From: an uncultured Gemmatimonadales bacterium
GTDB lineage: Bacteria > Gemmatimonadota > Gemmatimonadetes > Gemmatimonadales > GWC2-71-9
NCBI GenBank assembly: GCA_963779755.1
Contig: CAVZZO010000001.1
Span: 1,696,001-1,760,000, forward strand
DNA length: 64,000 bases
Direction: 5' to 3'
Shown piece by piece: positions 11,966-21,557 of this stretch (its first letter is position 1; every line of letters starts with the position of its first letter). The translations under genes were made by a program, and so were the position numbers. The notes under the pieces are model-generated. The model saw nothing but the letters and a program-made list of their open reading frames with translations, was not told where the DNA came from and did not search any database.

Positions 11966-13023
11966 GGCGCGCCGGCGGGCGTGGCAGGGTGGTGGCCGGC
12001 GCCGCGCTGGCGCTGCTGCTCCAGTCCGGCTGCGGCAACGGCGGCCGGATTCCCGTCACCGTCTACTCGCCGCATGGGCGCGACCAGCTGCTGCTGCTGG
12101 AGCATGCCTTCGAGGCCCGGCATCCCGAGATCGATATCCGCTGGCTGGATATGGGCAGCCAGGAGATCCTGGACCGGATCCGGTTCGAGAAGGTGAACCC
12201 GCAGGCGGATGTCTGGTTCGGCGGACCGACGACGATCTTCGACCGCGGCGTGGCCGAGTCGCTGCTGGCCCCGTACCGTCCGGCCTGGGCCGCGTCGGTG
12301 GGCCCCCGCGGGGTCGGTCCGGACGACCTCTACTGGCCGGTGTACCGCACCCCGGCGGTGATCGCCTTCAACAGCGAGGCGGTTTCCACCGCCGAAGCGC
12401 CGCACGACTGGGACGACATGCTGGCGCCGCGCTGGCGTGACCAGGTACTGATTCGCGACCCGGTGGCCAGCGGGACCATGCGCGCCATCTGGGGCCTCAT
12501 CATCGAGCGGAGCCTGCGCGAGACGGGCGATACGGCGGCGGGCATGGCGTGGCTGCGCCGGCTCGACGCCCAGACCCGGACCTACACGCTGAACCCGGCG
12601 ATCCTGGTGGAGAAGCTGGCTCGGCGGGAAGGCCTGGTGACCCTGTGGGACCTGCCCGACATTCTGATCGCGCAGAATCAGCACCTGCCGCTGGGGTATG
12701 TCTTTCCCCGGAGCGGCACGCCGGTGATCGACGATGCCATCGGCCTGGTCCGGGGCGCGCCCCATCCCGCCGCCGCGGAGCTGTTCATCGACTACGTCGG
12801 CAGCAAGGAGGCCGAGATCCTCACCGCGCGCAAGGCGTGGCGGCTTCCGGCCCGGGCCGACCTGCCGGCCGACTCGGTGCCGGCCTGGGTCGCGGAGGTG
12901 AACCGGTCGATGATCGTGGCGGACATGGACTGGCCGCTGCTGGCCCGCAAGGGCTCGGAGTGGATGGGCTACTGGGATCAGCATGTGCGAGGCACTGGAC
13001 GCGAGCGGGAGGGAGGCCAATGA
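11962..13023 (+). CDS. ABC transporter substrate-binding lipoprotein (Fe3+/polyamine/thiamine class)
   Basis: Lipobox-like QSGC; VYSPHG, NPQADVWFGG, RDPVASGT; GTGA overlap. Confidence 0.85.
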   Translation: MRRAGGRGRVVAGAALALLLQSGCGNGGRIPVTVYSPHGRDQLLLLEHAFEARHPEIDIRWLDMGSQEILDRIRFEKVNPQADVWFGGPTTIFDRGVAESLLAPYRPAWAASVGPRGVGPDDLYWPVYRTPAVIAFNSEAVSTAEAPHDWDDMLAPRWRDQVLIRDPVASGTMRAIWGLIIERSLRETGDTAAGMAWLRRLDAQTRTYTLNPAILVEKLARREGLVTLWDLPDILIAQNQHLPLGYVFPRSGTPVIDDAIGLVRGAPHPAAAELFIDYVGSKEAEILTARKAWRLPARADLPADSVPAWVAEVNRSMIVADMDWPLLARKGSEWMGYWDQHVRGTGREREGGQ

Positions 13024-14084
13024 GCGCGCCGGAGAGCGGCGACTTTCTGCGGGTGGAGGAGCTGACGCGCCGCTTCGGCGAGGTCACGGCGGTGGACCGC
13101 GTCACCCTGGGGATCCCGGCCGGCGAGGTGCTGGCGCTGCTGGGCCCGAGCGGGAGCGGCAAGACCACCACCCTGCGGCTCCTCGCCGGGTTCGAGAGCC
13201 CCGACAGCGGCCGGGTGGTGGTGGACGGCGAGGACGTCACCCGGGTCGCCCCGGTGCACCGCCGGTTCGGCATGGTCTTTCAGCATTACGCGCTGTTCCC
13301 GCACCTCGACGTGGGCGAGAACGTGGCCTTCGGGCTGGAGTCGCTCAAGGTGCGCGGCGGCGAACTGGGCCGGCGGGTCGCCGCGGCCCTGGCCCTGGTG
13401 GATCTGGCCGGCTACGAGCGGCGCCCGGTCTCGGCCCTCTCCGGCGGCCAGCAGCAGCGGGTCGCGGTGGCCCGGGCGCTGGCGCCGGAACCGCGGGTGC
13501 TGCTGCTGGACGAGCCGCTCAGCAACCTCGATCCCGCGCTGCGCGAGCGGACCCGCCGGGAGCTGCGTGACGTGATTCGCCGGGTGGGGATTACCACCGT
13601 GCTGGTGACCCACGAGCAGGAAGAGGCGTTCGACCTGGGCGACCGCATCGCGGTGCTGCGGGAGGGGCGGGTCGAGCAGGTGGGTACGGCCGACGAGCTG
13701 TACGACCGGCCCGCCACGGCGTTCGTTGCCGGGTTCATCGGCCGCGCGGCCGAGCTGCAGGGCGAGCTGCTCGGGAGCGACCGCGCCGCGCGGGTCCGGA
13801 TCGGCAGCGTGGAATGGCCCGCCCGGGTGGTGGGCGCGCGCGCGGGCGACCGGGTCCGGGTGCTGATCCGGCCCGAAGCGCTGCAACTGGAACGCGGAGG
13901 CGGCGGGCTCGCGGGGACGGTCGTGCTGCGCCGCTTCGTGGGGGCGAGCGCGTTCTTCACCGTGGAACTGGAGCAGGGCGGCCAGGTCGAAGTGAGCGCG
14001 GCGCCCGATGCCGCAGCCCCCGGCGATGCGGTGCGCGTCTCGGCCGCCGGCCCGGTCCATGCCTATCCCCTGGCGGCCGGATGA
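13020..14084 (+). CDS. ABC transporter ATP-binding protein (PotA/FbpC-like, TOBE domain)
   Basis: GPSGSGKT, VFQHYALFPHL, LSGGQQQRVA, LLLDEPLSNLD, VTHEQEEA. Confidence 0.93.
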   Translation: MSAPESGDFLRVEELTRRFGEVTAVDRVTLGIPAGEVLALLGPSGSGKTTTLRLLAGFESPDSGRVVVDGEDVTRVAPVHRRFGMVFQHYALFPHLDVGENVAFGLESLKVRGGELGRRVAAALALVDLAGYERRPVSALSGGQQQRVAVARALAPEPRVLLLDEPLSNLDPALRERTRRELRDVIRRVGITTVLVTHEQEEAFDLGDRIAVLREGRVEQVGTADELYDRPATAFVAGFIGRAAELQGELLGSDRAARVRIGSVEWPARVVGARAGDRVRVLIRPEALQLERGGGGLAGTVVLRRFVGASAFFTVELEQGGQVEVSAAPDAAAPGDAVRVSAAGPVHAYPLAAG

Positions 14085-15736
14085 AGCGCCGGCTGCACGC
14101 GGGGGGTGTGCTGCTGCTCCTGGTGCTGCTCTGGCTCGTGGTCTATCCCCTGGTGCTGGTCGCCCTGGGGAGCATCCAGGGACCGGCGGGCTTCACCCTG
14201 GAGTTCTTCCGCCGGTTCGTGGGCCAGCCCAACGAATGGCGGGCGCTCTGGGGCTCGCTGTGGATCTCGGCCGCCACGGTTGTACTGGCCGGTGCGATCG
14301 GCATTCCGCTCGCGTTCTTCTTTGCGCGCTACGATTTCCCCGGCCGGCGGGTGCTGGGGGGGCTGGTGGCGCTGCCGGTGGTCCTGCCGCCGCTGGTGGG
14401 GGTGCTGGCCTTTCTCTTTCTCTTCGGCGAAACCGGGTTCGTCGCCCGGATCGTCATGCTGGTGACCCATGCGGACCAGGCGCCCTGGCGGCTGGAGGGG
14501 CCGGCGGCAATCCTGCTGGTGCACGCGTACTCGATGTACGTGTACTTCTATCTCTTCACCCGCGCCGGGCTGGCCGGACTGGACCAATCCCTGAGCGAGG
14601 CGGCGGCCACCCTGGGGGCGGGGCGGTGGCGCACGCTGCGGCGGGTGACCCTGCCGCTGCTGCGGCCCTCCCTGGTGGGGGCGGCCCTGCTCACCTTCAT
14701 GACCTCGCTCGCCTCGTTCAGCGCCCCCTACATCTTCGGCGGCGGGTTCCGGGTCATGACCACGCAGATCGTCGCCACCCGGCTCAACGGGGATGTGGCC
14801 ATGGCCATGGTGGAGACCCTCTCACTTACCGGCGTCGCGCTGCTGGGGCTGTGGCTGTTGCGGCGCAGCGAGGGCCGGCGCGACGCGGCGCTGCGCCAGA
14901 AGGGCGTGGCACCGGTGCCGCGCCGGATCGCGCGCCCCGGGGTACGCCTGCTGGTCACCGCCGCCGCCTGGGCGCTGGCCATCCTGCTGCTGCTGCCTCA
15001 CGCCACCCTGCTGCTTCTCAGCTTCGTGCCGCTGGGCACCTGGAGCTCGCAGCCGGTGCCGCCGGTCTACTCCCTGGTGAACTACCGGACGCTGGTGACC
15101 GAGGCCCAGCGGCTGCGGCCGCTCATCAACAGTCTGTGGATGGCCACGCTGGCCATGGTGGCGGCCCTGGCGGTGAGCGTGTCGGCCGGGATCCTGGTGG
15201 TGCGCCGCCGGGTGCGTTCCGGCCCCGCCATCGAATCGCTGCTGGTGCTCCCCTGGGCGGTGCCGGGGACCGTCTTCGCCATCGCGCTGGCGACCATGTT
15301 CAGCGTGTCGCAGCCCTGGGCCGGGCGGGTGATCCTGATCGGAACCCTCTGGCTGCTGCCGCTGGCGTATCTCATCCGCAACCTCCCCATGACGGGGCGG
15401 GCAGTGCTGGCCGGCTACCGGCAGCTGGATCCCTCGCTGGAAGAGGCGGCGGCGACGCTGGGAGCGGGCCGGTGGCGCACCCTGCGGCGGGTGACGCTGC
15501 CGCTCCTGCGTCCCGCGCTGGCGGCGGGCGCGGCGCTGGCGTTTGTCACCGGCCTGGGCGATTTCGTCACCTCGATCATGCTGTACACCTATGATACCCG
15601 CCCGATCTCGCTGGAGATCCTCTCCAGCCTGCGCCAGTCGGACATCGGGGTCGCGGCCGCGTACGGCGTGCTGCTCATGCTGCTGAGCGGCCTGGTCTTC
15701 GTGCTCGGCGCGGACCGGCGCATGGCCACCGGATGA
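14081..15736 (+). CDS. ABC transporter permease, fused double module (FbpB-like)
   Basis: Two EAAATLGAGRWRTLRRVTLPLLRP EAA loops, about 12 TM segments. Confidence 0.92.
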   Translation: MKRRLHAGGVLLLLVLLWLVVYPLVLVALGSIQGPAGFTLEFFRRFVGQPNEWRALWGSLWISAATVVLAGAIGIPLAFFFARYDFPGRRVLGGLVALPVVLPPLVGVLAFLFLFGETGFVARIVMLVTHADQAPWRLEGPAAILLVHAYSMYVYFYLFTRAGLAGLDQSLSEAAATLGAGRWRTLRRVTLPLLRPSLVGAALLTFMTSLASFSAPYIFGGGFRVMTTQIVATRLNGDVAMAMVETLSLTGVALLGLWLLRRSEGRRDAALRQKGVAPVPRRIARPGVRLLVTAAAWALAILLLLPHATLLLLSFVPLGTWSSQPVPPVYSLVNYRTLVTEAQRLRPLINSLWMATLAMVAALAVSVSAGILVVRRRVRSGPAIESLLVLPWAVPGTVFAIALATMFSVSQPWAGRVILIGTLWLLPLAYLIRNLPMTGRAVLAGYRQLDPSLEEAAATLGAGRWRTLRRVTLPLLRPALAAGAALAFVTGLGDFVTSIMLYTYDTRPISLEILSSLRQSDIGVAAAYGVLLMLLSGLVFVLGADRRMATG

Positions 15737-16944
15737 CCGCACCGCTTCTCACCAAGACCGATCAGTTCCGCCGGCTCGCGGTGCTCATCGCCACGAGCTT
15801 CATCGACATGATCGGATTCATGATCGTGCTGCCGCTGCTGCCGTTCTACGCCCTGCGGCTGCACGCATCCGATGCCACCATCGGGTGGATCATCGCCAGC
15901 TTCTCGATTGCCCAGCTGATCTCCGCCCCGCTCTGGGGCTGGGTGTCGGACCGCTACGGCCGGCGGCCGGCGCTGCTTATCGGACTGACCGCCAGCGCGA
16001 TCGCCTACGTGGTCTTCGGCCTGGCCGGCACGGTCTGGCTGCTGTTCATCTCCCGCATCGTGCAGGGAGCGGGCGGCGGGACGACGGGGGTGGCGCAGGC
16101 CTACGTGGCCGACACCATCAACCCGTCCGACCGGGCGCGGGCGCTGGGCTGGCTCTCCGCCGCCACCGGTGCGGCGGTCATCATCGGCCCCGGCATCGGT
16201 TCGTTCGCCGCGCGGCTGGGCACCGAGGCGCCCGGATTCTTCGCGGCCGGCCTGTGCGTGGTGAACATTCTGTTCGCGTGGATCTGGCTGCCGGAATCGC
16301 GCAAGCTGGAAGAGGGCGCCGCGCCCCGTCCCCGGCGGGCCCCCTGGCACGGAGTGATGCAGGTGCTGCGGCAGCCGGCCGCCCGGATCTCCCGGCTCAT
16401 GTGGATCTACGGCGGCGGCATGCTGGCCTTCAGCGCCATGACATCGGTCCTGGCGCTGTACCTCAACGCCGAGTTCAAGGTGACCACCGAGAACATCGGT
16501 TACTTCTTCATCTACAACGGCGCGCTCTCGCTGGTGTTCCGGGCGCTGGTGCTGGGGCCGGTGGTGGACCGGATCGGCGAACCGTGGGCCATGCGGCTCG
16601 GCGCCGGGATGCTGATCGTGGGCCTGGCGCTCTTCCCCGAGATGCACAGCCTCTGGACGCTGGTGCCGCTCATGGGGCTCATCCCGGTGGGCACCGCGCT
16701 GCTTTTTCCCGCCACCACGTCGCTCATGTCGCAGCTGGCCCACCGGGCGGAACTGGGCGCCACCATGGGCGTGGCGCAGACCTTTGCCGGCATGGCCCGG
16801 GTCATCTCTCCCATTGCCGCCACCCGGGCCTTCCAGGACCTGGGGCACGAGTGGCCCTTCCTGCTGGGCGCGGCCGTGGTCACGGTGGTGGCGATGCTGA
16901 CGCTGCGGGTGCAGGGCGGGGAACGCGCGCCGGCACCGACCTGA
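15733..16944 (+). CDS. MFS transporter (TetA/DHA1-like)
   Basis: Motif A GWVSDRYGRRPAL, SRIVQG, GPGIG; ATGA overlap. Confidence 0.9.
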   Translation: MTAPLLTKTDQFRRLAVLIATSFIDMIGFMIVLPLLPFYALRLHASDATIGWIIASFSIAQLISAPLWGWVSDRYGRRPALLIGLTASAIAYVVFGLAGTVWLLFISRIVQGAGGGTTGVAQAYVADTINPSDRARALGWLSAATGAAVIIGPGIGSFAARLGTEAPGFFAAGLCVVNILFAWIWLPESRKLEEGAAPRPRRAPWHGVMQVLRQPAARISRLMWIYGGGMLAFSAMTSVLALYLNAEFKVTTENIGYFFIYNGALSLVFRALVLGPVVDRIGEPWAMRLGAGMLIVGLALFPEMHSLWTLVPLMGLIPVGTALLFPATTSLMSQLAHRAELGATMGVAQTFAGMARVISPIAATRAFQDLGHEWPFLLGAAVVTVVAMLTLRVQGGERAPAPT

Positions 16945-17022
16945 TCATCCCCGGCGGGTCATGGCCGGCCCGGACACCCCGCAGTAGCTTGCAGGCTGAC
17001 TCCCTTCCGGAATTCTGAGCCC

Positions 17023-18891
17023 ATGTCCGACGACCGTCTGGAACGGCTCGAGCGGCGGGTGGAAGTGCTGGAGCGCCTGATGCGGCAGGTAACCGCGGGG
17101 CGCTCCGGCGCGTCGGACCAGCCGGCGACACCGGCCGCGGAACCCCCGGGAACCCCGGGCCGGCCGCCGGCGACTGCCCGTGCTCCGTCTCCGCCGCCCA
17201 GCTCCTCGTTGCGGAGCTCCCGGCTGCAGGTGCCCCTGGAGGAATGGGTGGGGCAGCGCGGACTCCTGGCCGTGGGCGTGGTAGCGGTGATTCTGGCCGC
17301 GGCCTACCTGCTGAAGCTGGCGATCGATCGCGGCTGGGTTTCCCCCCTGCTGCGGTGCAGCAGCGGTGCCCTCGGCGGGCTGGTGCTGGGTGCCATCGGC
17401 TGGCGCCTGCAGCCCCGGTTCCGTACCTACGGTGCCGCGCTGCTGGGCTGCGGGACCGCGCTCATTTACCTGTCGCTCTGGGCGGCGACGCGCCTGTTTG
17501 GCCTGGTGCCGCCGGTGCCGGCGGTCGCCGGGCTGGTGCTGGTCTCCCTGGTGCTGGCGGCGCTGGCCTTTGCGGTCAACGTGGAGGCGCTGGGCGCGAC
17601 GGCCGCGCTGGGCGCGTTATTCGCGCCGCTGGTGGTGGGCATGCAGACGCCGGACAGCACCCCGCTGCTGGTCTATCTGGGCATCGTGGGCCTGGCTCTG
17701 GGTGCCGCCACGACCCTCCGCCGCTGGCGGATGGCGACGGCGCTGGTGGCGCTCAGTTACTTCGGCCTGGGCGTCCTGGGCGCCCGGGACGCGGCGCCGC
17801 GGCTGGTGTTCGCCTATGCGGTGCTGGGCGGGATGGGCGGCCTCGCCAGCGGCCTGCGAGAGCGCTGGATCGAAACCCGGCTGCTGGCGTTCTCCGGCGG
17901 CTGGGCGCTGCTGGGGATCGCCGCCCGGCATCTCTCGCCCGGCTGGTTGACGCTGGCCGGTGGGATTGCGCTCACGATTCCCGTGTGGCGGCGGGCACTG
18001 GCCCTGGGGCGTCTCTGGCCCTGGCGTCCCCTGCTGGGGCCCGGCGCGGACGCCGGGGAAGCGCTGTATTTCTATCTGTCGCCGCTGCTGCTCGCCTGGG
18101 CGATGCCCCACGCCGCGCCGGAGCTGTTCAGCCGTTATCCCGGGCTGAGCGGCCTGCTGGTCGCGCTGCCGTACCTGGCCGTGGGTCTGGCGCCGGGGCG
18201 GGAGTCCTTTGCCGCGGTCGCCCTGGCGGCTCTGGCTGCCGGCAGTGCCGCGCAGTGGACCGGTATTTCCCGGAGCATGGCGCTGGTGCTGCTCGCGATG
18301 GGCGCAGGACTGGCCGGGTGGCGCAGTGGGCGCCGCGACTGGGGCGGGTACGCACTGGGGCTGCTTGCGCTCGCCCTGGCCTGGCTGGTGGAGATGGCGT
18401 CGTTGCGGCCCGTCACCGCACCCGCGTTCCGGGATACCTGGGCGCTGGTCCTGTGGCTCCTGACGCTGGTGTCATCCCTGCTGGCCGCGCGGCTGTTGCC
18501 CCGCGACCGTCCCGGGGGCGGTGTACCCCTGGTTGTCCTGGCCTGGGCCGGGGCGGGGGGATTGCTGCTCTTCGGCGTGACGGGGGAACTGTTGCGCCTC
18601 TTCCGGCAGTGGTCCCTCTCGCCCGAAACGGGCCAGCTGGCGGGGGGCCTGGCCGTCAGCGCCTGGTGGATTCTCTTTGCCGCGGGACTGGTCCTGCTGG
18701 GCTTTCAGCGCAACTGGCGCGGGGTACGGCTGGCCGGGCTGTCGGTGGCCGGGCTGGCGCTGGCCAAGGTGCTGGCGGTGGACCTCTCCAGCCTCAGTGC
18801 GCTCTACCGGGTGGGGTCGGTGTTATTCCTGGGGCTGGTCTCGCTGGCGCTGGCCTATGTCTATCATCAGCGCGGCCGTGCGGGCTCCTGA
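17023..18891 (+). CDS. DUF2339-family polytopic membrane protein
   Basis: LEEWVGQRGLLAVG..YLLKLAIDRGWVSPLLR; C-terminal KVLAVDLSSLSALYRVGS. Confidence 0.8.
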   Translation: MSDDRLERLERRVEVLERLMRQVTAGRSGASDQPATPAAEPPGTPGRPPATARAPSPPPSSSLRSSRLQVPLEEWVGQRGLLAVGVVAVILAAAYLLKLAIDRGWVSPLLRCSSGALGGLVLGAIGWRLQPRFRTYGAALLGCGTALIYLSLWAATRLFGLVPPVPAVAGLVLVSLVLAALAFAVNVEALGATAALGALFAPLVVGMQTPDSTPLLVYLGIVGLALGAATTLRRWRMATALVALSYFGLGVLGARDAAPRLVFAYAVLGGMGGLASGLRERWIETRLLAFSGGWALLGIAARHLSPGWLTLAGGIALTIPVWRRALALGRLWPWRPLLGPGADAGEALYFYLSPLLLAWAMPHAAPELFSRYPGLSGLLVALPYLAVGLAPGRESFAAVALAALAAGSAAQWTGISRSMALVLLAMGAGLAGWRSGRRDWGGYALGLLALALAWLVEMASLRPVTAPAFRDTWALVLWLLTLVSSLLAARLLPRDRPGGGVPLVVLAWAGAGGLLLFGVTGELLRLFRQWSLSPETGQLAGGLAVSAWWILFAAGLVLLGFQRNWRGVRLAGLSVAGLALAKVLAVDLSSLSALYRVGSVLFLGLVSLALAYVYHQRGRAGS

Positions 18892-18987
18892 GAGCGGGGC
18901 TCGCGCGATCTTCCGGGAGCGTGTTTATTACGTCACCCCCGCCCCCGGGCGGGCGGTCGGTATATTCGTCTGTTCTCGGGAGTTACG

Positions 18988-20709
18988 GTGACCCTGGCTT
19001 CGCTTCCCGCCAGTCCGGAGGGCTTTGCCCACGCCGGCTGGGCTGACATCCTGCCGTTTTATGAAGAGCTGGCGACCCGCGCACTCGATCACGAGCGGGT
19101 CGAGTCCTGGCTGGCAGACTGGTCGCGCCTGGAAACGCTGGTGACCGAGGCGGCGGCGCTGGCCCAGATCGCCTATACGGTGAATACCGAGGATGCGGCG
19201 CGGGAAGCCGACCACCTCCGGTTCTCCACCGAAATTCTTCCCCGGATGGACGAGCAAGGAGTGCGGCTGGCCCGCCGCCTGGTCGACCTGGGCTACGAGC
19301 GCCCCGGGCTGGAGCCCATGCTGGCCTGCTTCCGGACGCAGATCGCCATCTTCCGCGAAGCCAACGTGCCGCTGTTCTCCACCCTGGAAGAGCTGTCGGC
19401 GCGCTATCAGAAGATCACCGGCGGCATGATGGCCGAGTGGGAGGGCCGGCCGGTGACCCTGCCGCAACTGCAGCCCTATCTGCGCAGCCTGGATCGCGCG
19501 AAACGGGAACGCGCCTTCCACCGCCTGAACGAGCCCTACCAGGCGCGCCATACGGAGCTGGCCGAGCTGTTCACCCGCATGTTCGAGCTCCGTTCGCGGG
19601 TGGCGGCCAATGCGGGCTTCGACGATTTCCGGGCGTTCTCATTCCAGGCCAAGTGCCGTTTCGACTACACGCCCGCCGACTGCGAGCGCTTCCATGCGGC
19701 GGTCGAGGCCGTGGTCTCGCCCGCGGTGGAACGGGTCTATGCCCGGCGGCGGGAGCGATTGGGGCTGGAACGGCTGCGCCCCTGGGACGTGCAGGTCGAC
19801 GCCTTCGGGCGGCCCGCCCTGCGGCCCTTCGAGCAGGTGGACGACCTGATCGCGGCCTCCGGGCGGGTGATGCAGCGCCTCGATCCGGTGCTGGGCGACG
19901 AGTTCGACACCATGGCGCGCGAGCATCTGCTCGACCTCGATACCCGCCGGGGCAAGGCGCCGGGCGGCTACTGCGAGACGCTGCATTTCCGGGGCCGGCC
20001 CTTCATCTTCATGAACGCCTCGGGCACGCTGGACGACGTCACCACCCTGTTCCACGAGTCGGGACACGCGTTCCACGCGTTCGCGTCGCATCCGCTCCCG
20101 CTCATCTGGCAGCGCCATCCCAGCATGGAGGCGGCCGAGCTGGCCTCCATGTCCATGGAGCTGCTCGCGCTGCCGCAGCTGGGAGCCGGGGACGGGGTGC
20201 TGAGCTCCGAAGAATTCGCCCGGGCCCGGGTGGAGCACCTGGAAGACATCCTGGTCAGCCTGGCGCACATCGCGTCGGTCGACGCGTTCCAGGGCTGGAT
20301 CTATACCAGCGGCCGCGGCAGCGATGCGGCGGCCCGCGACCAGGCCTGGCTGGATATCCGGGACCGCTTCGAGCGCGGGGTGGACTGGACCGGTCTCGAG
20401 CCGGTCCGGGTGGCGCGGTGGTACCGCCAGCTCCATATCTTCCTGTACCCGTTCTACTACATCGAGTACGGGATCGCGCAACTGGGCGCGCTGCAGGTGT
20501 GGCGCAACAGCCTGAAAGATCCGGCCGGCGCGCTGCGCCGCTACCGCGAGGCGCTGGCGCTGGGCAACACCACGACGCTGCCGGCGATCTACCGGGCCGC
20601 CGGGGCGCGCCTGGTATTCGACCGCGAGGGCATGGCCGAGCTGGTCGCGCTGGTCGAGCAGGAGCTGGAGGCGGCGGAAGAGACGATTACCGCGGGACGC
20701 ACCGCCTGA
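18988..20709 (+). CDS. M3-family oligoendopeptidase (PepF-like)
   Basis: [24 protein letters not shown] zinc motif, [23 protein letters not shown] and GGGAG upstream of GTG. Confidence 0.92.
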   Translation: MTLASLPASPEGFAHAGWADILPFYEELATRALDHERVESWLADWSRLETLVTEAAALAQIAYTVNTEDAAREADHLRFSTEILPRMDEQGVRLARRLVDLGYERPGLEPMLACFRTQIAIFREANVPLFSTLEELSARYQKITGGMMAEWEGRPVTLPQLQPYLRSLDRAKRERAFHRLNEPYQARHTELAELFTRMFELRSRVAANAGFDDFRAFSFQAKCRFDYTPADCERFHAAVEAVVSPAVERVYARRRERLGLERLRPWDVQVDAFGRPALRPFEQVDDLIAASGRVMQRLDPVLGDEFDTMAREHLLDLDTRRGKAPGGYCETLHFRGRPFIFMNASGTLDDVTTLFHESGHAFHAFASHPLPLIWQRHPSMEAAELASMSMELLALPQLGAGDGVLSSEEFARARVEHLEDILVSLAHIASVDAFQGWIYTSGRGSDAAARDQAWLDIRDRFERGVDWTGLEPVRVARWYRQLHIFLYPFYYIEYGIAQLGALQVWRNSLKDPAGALRRYREALALGNTTTLPAIYRAAGARLVFDREGMAELVALVEQELEAAEETITAGRTA

Positions 20710-20771
20710 GCGAGGGCGGTTGCCCGGCCGGAATTCCCGGCCCCGCTTTACCCGAAGATGAGAGGCACTGG

Positions 20772-20990
20772 ATGGCCAAAGAAGAAGGCATCGAGATGGA
20801 AGGCGTAGTGACGGAAGTCCTGCCGGACCGGAACTACCGGGTCCTGCTGGAGAACGGTCACTCCATCCTGGCGTATGCCGCCGGCAAGATGAGCAAGCAC
20901 AAGATCCGGGTCCTTGAGGGCGACCGGGTGACGGTGGTGCTCTCTCCCTATGATCTTACCCGGGGGCGCGTGATCTACCGGCACAAGTGA
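20772..20990 (+). CDS. infA: Translation initiation factor IF-1
   Basis: [18 protein letters not shown]...[35 protein letters not shown]. Confidence 0.97.
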   Translation: MAKEEGIEMEGVVTEVLPDRNYRVLLENGHSILAYAAGKMSKHKIRVLEGDRVTVVLSPYDLTRGRVIYRHK

Positions 20991-21011
20991 TCCCTCCGGT
21001 GCCGGACGCAC

Positions 21012-21047
21012 GACGGGCCGCCTTCTCCCGCGAGAGGGCGGCCCGTC
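21012..21047. terminator. Hairpin terminator between convergent infA and cold-shock gene
   Basis: gacgggccgccttctc-ccgc-gagagggcggcccgtc. Confidence 0.75.
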
Positions 21048-21080
21048 TGCTCTCATGCCGGCACCGCCGGCGCTGTGTGG

Positions 21081-21293
21081 TTACTGGGCTTTCGTGACGT
21101 TCTCGGCCGCGGGCCCCTTGGCGCCGTCAACGATGTCGAACTCGACACGATCACCTTCGGCCAGGCTGCGGAAGCCGTCCATCTTGATGGCCGTGTGGTG
21201 CACGAAGCAGTCCTTCGTGCCGTTTTCGGGCGTGATGAAGCCGAAGCCCTTCGCGTCGTTGAACCACTTTACAGTACCGGTTGTGCGTGCCAT
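21081..21293 (-). CDS. Cold-shock protein (CspA family)
   Basis: [56 protein letters not shown]. Confidence 0.96.
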   Translation of the reverse strand: MARTTGTVKWFNDAKGFGFITPENGTKDCFVHHTAIKMDGFRSLAEGDRVEFDIVDGAKGPAAENVTKAQ

Positions 21294-21450
21294 CTCTCCA
21301 AACTCCGTTGAGGGAAAATGCCGGGCGCTTGCATGCCCGACGTACATGAGAGCGAGCGCTTCTCGCTCCATGAACCTGGAACGTTCTCGCGAACGAATCA
21401 GTCTGGGTTTCGGCTGCGATAGGTAGGGATTCCGGCGCCAAGCCGCGTTT

Positions 21451-21478
21451 AATTTGCATTTTCGCGCTGTTTCGTCAA
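21451..21478 (-). promoter_or_regulatory. Candidate promoter for the cold-shock gene, implying a 5' UTR of about 150 nt
   Basis: TTGACG, 16 nt, CAAATT on the minus strand. Confidence 0.45.
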
Positions 21479-21557
21479 GACCTCTTCCCGGCCTGATATT
21501 CACGCCGGGCCGCAGGTGACCACGAGACAACGAGTTGCACGGCCGAGCCGGGGCGGA

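Noticed and set aside
14590..15515. Near-identical DNA segments at about 14600 and 15440
   Set aside because: They are the two EAA loops of a fused ABC permease, not a mobile repeat.
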